A DNA stretch of 64,000 nt from Dicyema japonicum (Eukaryota; Animalia; Dicyemida). Positions 38,308 through 49,271 of the stretch are shown in pieces. The translations under genes were made by a program, and so were the position numbers. The notes under the pieces are model-generated. The model had not been told where the DNA came from. It saw nothing but the letters and a program-made list of their open reading frames with translations, and made no database searches. Within the stretch, counting starts at the first letter, position 1. Each line of letters opens with the position of its first letter. The stretch is taken from NCBI GenBank assembly GCA_011109175.1, contig RDEW01000036.1, forward strand, positions 189,583 to 253,582, in the 5' to 3' direction.

Positions 38308-39376
38308 ATGCGTCATTTTTCTCTACAATTACGTAAATATGTTCATTTATCGAAAATAGCCACAAAGTAACCACTTATACACAATTGCAGTAACCATGAG
38401 GAATACCAATACCTCAATGCCATCAAAGACATTATTTCCAATGGATACTATAAGGAGAACAGAACAGGGATTGCCACTAGATCTTTATTCGGAAAACAAT
38501 TTCGTTTTAATTTGTCGAATGGTTGAGACTCATGCTTATTCAGACTCCTTCCCCCTTTTGACTACCAAAAAAGTGGCTTTTAAGGCTATTATCGAGGAAC
38601 TCCTTTGGTTCATCCGGGGCTCCACAGATGCTAACGAACTGTCATCACGAGGAGTCAGAATCTGGCAAGCTAACGGATCACGCGAATTCCTCGACAAATT
38701 GGGCTTCACAGAAAGAAGAGAAGGTGACCTGGGACCTGTCTATGGATTTCAGTGGAGACATTTTGGTGCAGATTACGTCGACTGCAGAACTGACTACTCC
38801 GGTCAGGGAATCGACCAGCTCAAAAATATAATTACCATCATAAGAAGGGACCCTAACAACAGAAGACTTGTCATGAGTGCCTGGAATCCCGTAGGTAGTC
38901 AAAGTAGTCGATTCTAGACATCCCCAAAATGGTCCTTCCACCATGTCACGTGCTCTTGCAGTTTTATGTTGCGGATAATATACTTTCCTGTCAACTTTAC
39001 CAGAGATCTGCTGATATGGTAATCCTGATTACTTTTTCAGGGTCTTGGGGTCCCTTTTAACATTGCCTCCTACTCCTTATTGGCAAGAATGGTGGCTCAT
39101 GTGACCAATCTTGGAGTATTAATTGGTTTTAGAGATAGTTGGGGGATTTTGTTCACACAATCGGGGATGCCCACGTGTACGAGAATCACATAGAACCTCT
39201 GAAGAATCAGGTATGGCGAATAATTGATCTTTCAGATTAGAAGGGAGCCTAGACCTTTTCCAAAATTACGTTTGGAGGCCGATAAAATCAGTGAGATAGA
39301 TGATTTTAACGTTGATTCATTCAAATTGGTTGATTATCATCCTCATCCCAAAATATTAATGGATATGGCTGTTTGA
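38308..39376 (+). CDS. TYMS: Thymidylate synthase, 7 exons
   Basis: [66 protein letters not shown] introns at 38367-38390, 38522-38543, 38895-38917, 39019-39040, 39116-39138 and 39211-39235. Confidence 0.97.
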
Positions 39377-40199
39377 ATTTTTGTTTTTAAATGTGCTTTT
39401 TTCTAATAGTATTTTATGAAACCCATGTTCTAATTCTGGCCAATTCTCAATAAATGTGATATTCGCAAAAGTCAGGTACTTTAATGGTTTTGATGAAACT
39501 GCTATAGGCTTCCCCCATTGGCTATTTGGTCAGAGATTTCCTTTACTAGGTTTTTTCTCTTCCCCTAAATATCTCTTGGTTATAAGATCCATAGTCAATT
39601 TTATTCAAGCAGGTGGAACTCCTGTCATGGAATAATTGAAGAAGAATGGTCTTGTGTCTCGCATTATCAAGAACTGTGTGTGTCTTCAAATATGAAATTC
39701 AATAACCTCTTAGAAATCCTTACTTTTACTACTTGTCAGTTAAGATGTAAAAGATAGTAACTAAAGGACCAACCTTGCTGTAAAAAGAAATTCTTATTTT
39801 TCAAGAAGCCTGCATTTTCTTCAAGGCCATATCTTGAAAATAATTAGTGTATAAGGATAATAAAACTAAAACTTTGTGGATATTTTTTTGGTGTTCCTGA
39901 TTTTACTAGATGCCTCAGGCTTGTGTCGAACATGTCTTTTGAGAAATTTTCTTTGTTTGACCATCAGTGCAACTATCATAATACGCTTAGAAGGCAAATT
40001 CAATTCTAAGCGTCAAGTTCTATTAACTGGGATGGGCAATGTGCAAGCTGCCTGTGATAACTGGGGGCATTGGGGGAAGGTGTACCATGGAAGCTACCTC
40101 ATGCAAAATGATTTAGCATTAATCTCTTGAACAAGGAATCCTAAGTAACGCAATGGACATACCTTGGACGCAGAGTTCGAATGAGCTTGTATGTTGTGG

Positions 40200-40520
40200 G
40201 GGAGGCGAGAATGGAATTTCTGATTGACATTGGTAGCCAGGGATCGCTTTTATCATGTCGACCTCGCAAAATATAAGTGGGACCTGATTAAAGCTATGCT
40301 CTCTAGGAACGCTCCTTGACGAGAATTGCCCTAAGATCGGAGTGCCACTGCTAATCGGATATATGCAGCGACACAGATACCTTTGTGGAATGAACATCAA
40401 AGGTATACATCTTTTTTCTTGCCGACGGAACACGAGACGTGCTCCACATCGGGCTGCTCTCAATGACGTTGTTCTACGGATTCTCAGTTAACTAGAACCC
40501 TTAGGCTTGGACAGAAGATG
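40200..40520 (+). mobile_element. CRE-clade remnant
   Basis: HLFSCRRN..ALNDVVLRIL..LEPLGLDR in broken frames. Confidence 0.6.
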
Positions 40521-40999
40521 AAAATGATGATTTAAAAGAAAAAGCAGGGGACAGTAGCAAGTTAAACCGATTAGTTTGATTGTTTTTAAAACATTATGGT
40601 TTTAGGTGTGCTGTTTTAATAGTAATATCTTACTACGTAATCAATCTGATTAATTGTCATTATCTTTATTTTTTAGAATTTATGACAAAAATAGCTTATA
40701 GATTTTTAGTTGATAAATCTATGTTGTCCAATTAAGTCGTGTCCGACCCTTGGAAATATCATGAACGAGTTTCCTTTACTCTCCCCGATCCGTTGCAATT
40801 TGGATTAGCCTTGATATATTTTATGCCCCTCACCCAACGTTGTTTCCTCAACATATATGGGTGGGCACACAGTATAGCCGTTCCGTATATTATCTCCAAC
40901 GATTTCGGATGTTCCGTTGGCCTAGCAATTCTACACAATCTTTGTCCTTGATTTTGTTTATCATTTTCGTAAAGGGGGTTCGTAATCTTTTTAGTTTAA

Positions 41000-42120
41000 A
41001 TACGCATTTCTAGTGTGACCTCTCTTATAGTCATCTTCCATTTTTGCAGCATAACCTCCAGTAGTCTTTTTTATCTTTCCTGACTGCCTTTTTGAATTCA
41101 GACTTAAGTTTTCATGTCTCGTCTATATTCCCAGAGACTTTAGCAGCTTTACGAGCCTCAGCAATGTTTAGGGTGTTAGCAGAGAGCCACTCGGAGCACT
41201 TGGCCGACGTTTTGCATTTGACATGTTTTATTGCAGTTTTTCTGATAACCAACTGCATATCATTCCATAATTCATCAGGCATCTTCCGTTCAAATCTAGT
41301 AATCCAATATTGTGCTTAACTTCCATTGCGTATTCTGGTGGTATGTTTGAGACATCGAATTTCTTTACTCGGGGGTATTCCAAGTGTTACTGAATTTCGT
41401 CCTAATTTTTGCAACCATTAGCTGATGGTCTGTTCCATAGTCTGCCCCTGGATATGTTTTGACGGCTGTTATAGAGCTTTTCCAACGTTTGGCGCACAAA
41501 ATATAATCAATCTGGTTCCTAGACATTCCATTAGGCGACGTCCAAGTGTATAATCGTCGTTTGTGCTGTTTGAACCATGTGTTAGTTATCTGAAATCCAT
41601 TTTCCTGACAGAATTGGACCAGTCAATCCCCAGCATCATTTATTTTCCCCAAACCAAAACTTCCCACAATATCCGTATGTGGTATACACCCAACTTTTGA
41701 ATTGAAATCCCCCATTATGTAAATTATGTCCTTTTTGGGTATTAGTTTTAGTGCCTCTTGAAATTCATAATAAAATTGGTCAATTTCGTCATCCTTAGCA
41801 ATAGATGTTGGGGCATACACTTGCATGACCGTAATATTCAATGGTCGTCCGCGGATGTGGATTAGTATTTTCCGATCATTAAATATTCTATAAATTTCAA
41901 TAGCAGGTCCAATTTTCTTTGAAGCAATGAAGGCCACTCCGTTTCTCTTCGCATTAATTACCAGAATAATATATGACGAAATCATCAGAACGAAAAAAAC
42001 CACTGTCAATCCAGTGAAGTTCACTTACTCCAAGCAGGTCAATATCAAGCCTTCTCATTTCTTTTTACGACATCTAGTTTCCCTTCGTTTAAGCCTCTTA
42101 CGTTCCATGTTGCTAAATTG
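41000..42120 (-). mobile_element. Degenerate BovB-like RTE LINE (endonuclease part)
   Basis: WNVRGL..IDLLGVSELHW, NGVAFI, NITVMQVYAPTS..DQFY..IMGDFNSKVG. Confidence 0.85.
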
Positions 42121-42821
42121 TGAGATTATGTGGACGAAGACTTGAGATTTGATGTTTTGCAGTAACGTTGCTTCCAATTAGATCGTAGGAGAGTTTGCTC
42201 ATAAGATTTTCTTGACATTTAAATACAGGGTAGGTTGCCAGGTCCCTATCAACACCTTTATATTGGATAAGTTTCAGAGAATGTATAAACACCACAACAA
42301 AATGTTGTAACAACACGTATTAATGGAGATGATAAACCTAACAGCAGAAAAAACATATTTTCTATTAGAAATCCTTGTGAATTTTAAATTAAGTTTTTGT
42401 TTGAATACATTTTATTTTTTTAATGATTTTAAGAATAATTCCCATTCACTTCAGTTTACGTCATTATTTACTCACATGAATTTTTTCGTTTTGGCTATGA
42501 CGGTGGTTTTCTGGTTCAATAAATTATTTACCGCTGATTTTGTTTTCTCCTCTGATATTATTATTGTTCTCTCCACAGAGTCTCCAACCAATGATAATGC
42601 ATGTCGACTTGTCTCAATATTGAATAATCTTGCTTCATGACGTTTTGCTGTGATGTGGAATAACCCCCGGCTGTGACCTCTCCATTTAGTGTTTCTTGTA
42701 GCAAATTCATTTATGTTCATGGCTTTCAGACATGGTCATTTCCTCTCCACATTAGTCGTAATGGGAAATAAGGCTGGTCACGGATAATAAAAGTCAAATG
42801 GATGGTTAATTTATTAAAAAG

Positions 42822-43317
42822 TTAATAAGAAAAGCTTTGTCCACATCCACAGTAGACTTAACCGTGGGGGAGTGGAATACAAACTCTGAGCCAATATCGT
42901 TGGTAACAAAATCAACATGAGTTCCAATAATAGGAAAGACTGCAGCTGAGTCCACCACCAATTTGGCACCTAACGTTAGCATAAATGAACCATCCATGTG
43001 GATTATTTCGTCCATGGGGTTTATCTCGTCAGTGTAAAACATAGACAGCCCAAACCCGTGACAGCCTTTGCGTTTAATTCCTAATTTTATGTAGGATTTG
43101 TCCCCTTTTAAAGAGAAGAGAATCTTTATTCTATTTATCGCAGAGGGAGACTAAAAATCAGTCAAAATTAATTGACAAAAGTCAGAATTTCCTTCGAAGG
43201 CCGCAGAGTGGTAGTCTTCACAAACTTCAAGGATGAATAGGCCTTCAAAACTGTTCGATCAAGAGTTTTTAAACAAAATAAAGCTGCCTGTTAACAATAG
43301 AATATACCTTTAATCAT
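42822..43317 (-). CDS. ISCA1: Iron-sulfur cluster assembly protein ISCA1 (HesB/IscA family); one frameshift before CGCG
   Basis: ILTF|SPSAINRIK..KLGIKRKGCHG..DG|AKLVVD..SEFVFHSPTVKST then CGCGQSF. Introns at 43284-43307, 43151-43176 and 42970-42990. CGCG is in frame only if one base is added near 42851. Confidence 0.9.
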
Positions 43318-43392
43318 TCACAACTTGACAAATTAAAATTTTAATTTTAAAATGAATTAATAATTTTTTTAAATATAGTAACTTGTTAAAAA
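43318..43392. promoter_or_regulatory. Candidate bidirectional promoter between ISCA1 and LACTB
   Basis: Only 75 AT-rich bp separate the two divergent start codons. Confidence 0.55.
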
Positions 43393-44753
43393 ATGACTTT
43401 AAGATTAAGACGTCCACTCTCGTTTTTATTAGCATCAGTTGGAGGAGCATGGACCATAAATCGTGCCTATGGGGAATATTCTCACGATGATAGTCAAACC
43501 ACGTGTGCAATGTTGTCTCACAGAGATGAGTGTATTGGAGTATGTAGAGAACTGATTTTGCGTATGAAAGTGCTAACAAATCTTTATTTAGAATGAGCAA
43601 AAGATTCCTGGAATTTCAATCGCTGTGAAAGTTGATGGTCAAACTGTGTGGGCAGAAGGTAATTTTCTGTTTTCACTATACAGGATTCGGATACTCAGAC
43701 GTTGAGAACTCTGTCCCCTGCAATCCCACGACTGTCTTCCGAATCGCCAGCATAAGTAAGTGCATGACTGCGACAATATTCGCAAGATTATGGGAGATGG
43801 GGTTGGTAGATATTGACACCCACGTGGGTCGGTATGTACCAGAGTGGCCTCCAAAGTACATTAATGGGGAAGAAGTATTCGTTTATCATATAATTGGTAT
43901 TCGTCAGTTGCAGGGACATTCTCTCACATCGCAGCGGAATCATCCACAGAAAGCAGGTTACTGAAATTTAGCAGTTTAGTCGACTGGTGGGGGAACAGAA
44001 ATTGTTTTTGATAAGTACAACTCAACGTCTGACGTTTTGGAGATTTTTAAAGACCAGAAGTTGTTGTTTAAGCCAGGTTTAATTTTCATATATTGTGGGG
44101 ACGGAATACTCGTATTCCAACTATGCATTTACCCTCTTAGCCGCTGTATGCGAGAAAGTCTCCTCAAAATCATTTTCAGACCTTCTTTGGATTTGTTCGA
44201 TGACTTGAACCTTGAAGACACTCATTTGGATCAATCGGAGCCAATAATACTGCATAGAGCTCGGTTAGACGATTATTAACGTTGAAGGCATTATACTATT
44301 GATGAAGAGGGAGGTGGTTTTGTAAACTCCCAATTTACAGAAGCAACCCACAAATTTGCCAGCAGTGGAATCCTGTCAAGTGTTCTCGACTTGGTCACCT
44401 TTGGCCATGAAGTATTGTACAGTAGTCTTGGAGGAGAGGTAAGCTATTTGAAGAAGGAAACCGTAAGGGAAATGCTTTCACCAATTAAAATGTCCTCTGA
44501 TGCGATGCAAAGTAGTTTTGTTGGTTTGGGTTGGTTCATCCGCCGCTATTATAACGGGGACAAGCCTTCAATGGTTGTATATCATGGCGGGAACACAATT
44601 GGGGGAAGTTCAGTGCTCCTGATTCGTCCTACTCCCACTGGTTCAGGGATTGTGGTTGCCGTTGCTTCCAATTTGGGTAATGTGACTGGGCTTCGTGATT
44701 TGTCTGAAGAAATTTCATCAAATTTTGCTGAATGGTCGAATACTAATAATTAA
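43393..44753 (+). CDS. LACTB: Serine beta-lactamase-like protein LACTB, 7 exons; needs two non-AG acceptors and one frameshift
   Basis: KIPGISIAV, GFGYSDVEN, RIASISK (SxxK), ILSHRSGIIH, LFKPG, YSNYAFTLL, HGGNTIGGSSVL. Introns at 43570-43591, 43659-43683, 43875-43896, 43957-43979, 44077-44098 and 44264-44287. Confidence 0.88.
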
Positions 44754-45650
44754 TAATATTTTCTAAAGACACGTGCTTTTATACATTGTTGAAGAATGTA
44801 GTAGTCCTCTGTGATCTCAGATTAGGAACGGAAAATATTAATACATTGTCTTCAGAATTGGTTAGTAGCTCGTGTAAAAACAGAAATTGCTGGTGACAAA
44901 GGAGGTCAATGTGGCATAATGTTTGTAGGAGCTTGAGATGACATGGAACTCATCAACACTGCCCTTTCCGTTTTTGAAAAGGTTTCCAATTTGCTTGAAA
45001 TGCCTGAACAAAATATCTTTTTAGTTATTTGAATAGAGTCAAAGTCCTTTTCTATGCTGATAAATCTTTTGATGCCTCCGTTTGCATTCCGAAATGAATC
45101 ATGTCAACGTAGTGAGGTGGTTTACTGTTGATAGACCCTTCTTAATCATTATTGAAAAGAAAGATAAGGGCAGATCATGTCGAGAATTAGTCATTTGTAT
45201 GGTGTACACGTTCACAAGCTTGTTGTATCCAATGTTTGTGGGAACTGATTCCAAGGTATTCCATAAAAGGGAGATTATCGTCTATGTGTCTTCTTGTAGC
45301 AGATTTCCTTCTTGATAAGACTAACGACTTTTCTTCAACGACCTGATGGTCTATTATTAATCTCTTATTTCTCCTAATGGTGGAATATACAAGGAAAGTG
45401 ATATTGTTGTTTCTTATACTTCTGGAGAAGATTTAGGAATTCAATTACTTTTCCCTTTATATCATTAAGTTGTAGGGAGTTTGGTGATCCGTGGTTTGGT
45501 TATGGTCGTCGCCAGGTCAAATGAGTAAAGCCGGTGAGAACGTCGTCTGAAAATAAAAATTTCATGGATTAAAAGAAATAATGATGTTATTCTCGAATAC
45601 TATAATTGCATTCTAAGTCCCTCTAGGACTTATAGCACTGGTGAATTACA

Positions 45651-45955
45651 ACATAATAATAGCCTTTTAACGAGAGCCATAATATTTATAGCTCCGTATA
45701 GGCAGGACACACACTTTATTTAAGTAAAGAACAGTTAATTTTAACTAATCGTAGAACCAAGGAATGATTTTCACTTCTTTTTTTCCTTTTCTTTTCTAGA
45801 CAATCCAGTTTTGCAGTGAGTATCCACTGATGACGGCGTCACTCGTCAAACCCTTTTGGCATCGTAGATGGGTGGAACCTTCCACCAGGTGAACAGCAGC
45901 GAGAATCGAACCCGTAAGATAAGTCACTTTAGCTCGACACCTAACCACTATGGCT
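45651..45955 (-). mobile_element. Full-length tRNA-derived SINE with a 12-bp TSD
   Basis: Highly similar to 20094-20409. TSD TGGTGAATTACA at 45639-45650 and 45956-45967. Confidence 0.9.
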
Positions 45956-46164
45956 TGGTGAATTACATGAGCTAACAATTATGCATTTAAGTGCATTATG
46001 GAATAACCTAATGCTAATAAGCCATATTAATAATATAAGTTGATTATTTATTAACCCCGGGAACACTGAGAAGGAAAGACAAAAGAAATGTCAACTTTAG
46101 GTGATTTAAGTTACCTCAACCGAACGTGTCATCCGAAGCCTTTAGTAAATATGCGTGTTGGCGT

Positions 46165-46360
46165 GGTGTCATGTGGCTCACCGGAAAAGGTTTCACTCAT
46201 TCCAGATTGGAACAAAAAGAGCCTATTTATTTAGTACTTGATCTAAGGTTTTCTTGCTTTAATATGATGGTGTCATGTGATCCACCTGTCTCGGTCGACA
46301 CCTAGAGAATGAAAGAAAAAAATCACTATTTTCACTGTATGAGGGATTCCTACGACTGAA
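46165..46360 (+). pseudogene. Sushi/CCP-like fragments
   Basis: VSCGSP..KEP and VSCDPP..YFHC segments with stops and frameshifts, similar to 24040-24290. Confidence 0.25.
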
Positions 46361-47078
46361 ATGTATGTATTAAGGTCTCTGTGAACTTTATGGATTCAAT
46401 TAGTTATTGACTAATAACTTCTTTCTCAATATATGGGTTAATATATTTATTCAAGAGAATGATGGATGAAAACCCCTGTCTTCATTCTCATGGACAAGAT
46501 GACGGAATCTGGAGACATCGGAAGTATCAATATTCAAATCCCATCCACCTCAAAATCGATAGAGCATGTAGGATGAAGGTTAATGTGATTATATGGTTAA
46601 TAAGATTACATAATCAGTAAAATATAAAATTTGTGCTCAGATTCAATGTTCAAATAGTCTTACCTGGAATTTTAACATTTTTTTGATTTCTGGTTATAAT
46701 TGGTTTAAATAAGTAAAGATTCATCGAAATATTACATTCAGGGTGTCTTGTGTTGGTGGAAGAACTTAATATGTGTGTCCATATTCTTCTGATCCCTCTG
46801 ATTATAGTGGAATCCCTAATGAACAGATCATAAGACTTTTAGCCAAAATAAATAAATTCCATAAATTAATTAAATCTCAATGGGATGATGATTTCTATAC
46901 AACTGATGTTAACGTAGCCGAACGAATCATCGAGGGTCCATAATACGTCTCCTCGTCGATTTTGGTTAGCAACTTTATGTAGACTCCCCTCCGAAAACTC
47001 AGCTCCTGGGGAGCCCCGGAATAGCTGCACACAGTTTTGGCATGTGGCTCACTTATTGTAGACTCCTAACAATAAATA

Positions 47079-47991
47079 CTAAAGCACAGCGTTTTCTGAC
47101 GACTCAGCAATTTTGGATAGATTTTCTTGCACTTGTTTGAAGTTCTCCATTGATTTCTTGTGGAACTCATATAAATGGTCTGCAAATGACCGCAGCTCTC
47201 GGACATGCTGAATATTAGACAACTCAATACATCAATATTTATCAGTTCTTCTATTGTTGATGAAGTTGCGGACACGGAGTGGTCAAGTTTTATTTTGGCT
47301 CCCTCAGCCGCCTCGTCTGGAATAGATTTGGATCTCTTTAGATTGTCGTAGTCCAGTCTAAAGTTGGAGACATCTTTCTTGAGTTTCTATAAATTCACAT
47401 TTCAACATAACTTTGACTCTTGTAAATTTAGTGATTACTTCTTTCATTGGAAGGAGTAAATTGTCAGAAACGGAATCATGGAGCTCTTTTCTGTACTTTC
47501 CCTGGCAAATCATAGCCTCAGCGAGTTCGGAAAGACTCATGGCTGAAATCGTGCAAAATAACTACACAATTCATTATTGAATGAAGTCTCAACAGAATAC
47601 TTTTGAAAGACTTTAGCACACTTGTTTTCTGATGAGCCCAAATTATTTAGGATTCTGGAATTAGCCAAATTTAAACAGGTTATGATGTTTTAGTTTATTA
47701 TTGCAGTCCACGTGAACATAGAACTCGATGCATGATATTAAGTCGTGGATCATTTTGTCCAAAACGTGGCAATTCTGCCATATTATAATCCCAAAACGAC
47801 CTGTACCATCTGAACATAATTTTTGTCCAGTTCTGTAGCCTTGTTGGAAGTTATTTTTTCATGGATAACCTAAAGATAAATTAAACCATTCAAAGATTCT
47901 CAATGTCTTTGAATTTTATTTTTAGCAAATTTTAGAAAATAAATATGGTGACCTGATTAGTACGACTTATCTTTATACTTAACTTCCTCAT
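47079..47991 (-). CDS. Endophilin-like N-BAR protein without SH3, 7 exons
   Basis: RTNQ|VIHEKI..ATELDKNYVQM, LSELAEAM, NLLLPM, KLKK..RLDYD..IPDE, HVRELRSF..EFHKKS. Six GT-AG introns (83, 26, 22, 23, 25, 23 nt) keep frame to the TAG. Confidence 0.8.
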
Positions 47992-48799
47992 TTCATTATT
48001 TTATTTTAAATTATTCAATTTTTTTTAATTATTTATTATTTGAATTTAAGTTTTCATTACATTATATACCAAATTAAATATAATAACTTTTTGTTTCCTT
48101 ACAGAACGACAATGGATATCTATGAGGCCGATCAACCTACCAAGTAGCCCTCTCTACGACACTCTTATCGAATCCTTCAAAAACCATCCAAGATACTAGT
48201 TTATTCTGTGGCAGAGGCCAGTTTAAGATGTCCGTACCCACTGGTTTTGATCTTCTCTTAGGTGAGGACAACTCAGTGATCCTTGGACAATTAATAAAAT
48301 TGGAAGATTAAGAATTTGTAGAGTAGTAAAGATATGAACGATTAGAAGGGTGGAAGGTCAATGACATATGAACTTGTTGATAATAATCAATAATTTTACA
48401 TCTTTGTCGACAATTCTGAGTAATGTCTTCAAAGACAAGTATTCGGGTGGTTCGAACAGATATTATTCTTCGCTAAATTAAGTGATCCCAGCCTCCAACA
48501 TCTCTCGAATAATCTTCGAATGTGAACCAACAAAGTTCCTGAAGTGTCTTCTTTTATTTCTGCAGAGGAATTCTATCGGAGTACACTTTTTAATGCCGAT
48601 CTGAATTCCGTTCGAACAGAAATGTTACCTTATTAAACGTAATAGGATTTTTACTTCCGTGGATTATTTTTGTAAAAAACTGATGTTAACAATTTAATGA
48701 ATTTGCATTAATTATGAATTTTGTTTTATTAAACAGTGATGACGTACTTATATTGCGTAAAAGCAAGCATAGAGGAGGTAAAGGATTCAAGAGATCAAA

Positions 48800-49271
48800 G
48801 TTCTGAGGTGTCGATTGCACATATAATTTTGGTTGGAATAACGTCCATTTAAAAAATGAAAGAACTTATGTAAGAAATTGCATTTGGCATACGAGAATAT
48901 CGAGGAATGCTTTATATAAGAGATGCAGCACTAGACCTATCAGCTTAGAAGTACTGGAATCCCGATGGAAGCTCTTCGGACACGTGCTGAGGATGGAATT
49001 AACATCCCCACCAAACATATCTATGGAAACATACTATGTTAGCCAAGAAGGCCGCTATCGTGGAAGACCAAGAACAACACTGCCAATAGTCTTACAAAAA
49101 GACCTGGTCAATATCAAAAAAATCTCATAAATGCCGACGACCTGGACAACATGAGAGCCTGGCTATGAACAGGGGAGCATGGAAAAGGATGACATCTAAC
49201 CTTGTTTCTTTTGCTGCACATGCGGGGCTATAATTAGTATGGCTCTCGTGAAGTGCTTAAATAATAATAAT
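48800..49271 (+). mobile_element. RTE LINE 3' fragment with intact 3' UTR and (TAA)n tail
   Basis: SRWKLFGHVLR..RGRPRTTLP..NRGAWKR. Ends TATGGCTCTCGTGAAGTGCTTAAATAATAATAAT. Confidence 0.85.

Noticed and set aside
38396-38521. N-terminus [12 protein letters not shown] of the listed TYMS ORF
   Set aside because: Wrong frame before the 22-nt intron; the conserved HEEYQYL lies in another frame.
42472-42720. 82-aa minus-strand ORF downstream of ISCA1
   Set aside because: No recognisable motif or splice model.
45121-45155. Serpin-like FTVDRPFLIII motif
   Set aside because: No serpin body or reactive-centre hinge upstream, and the C-terminal F.G.V..P motif is absent.
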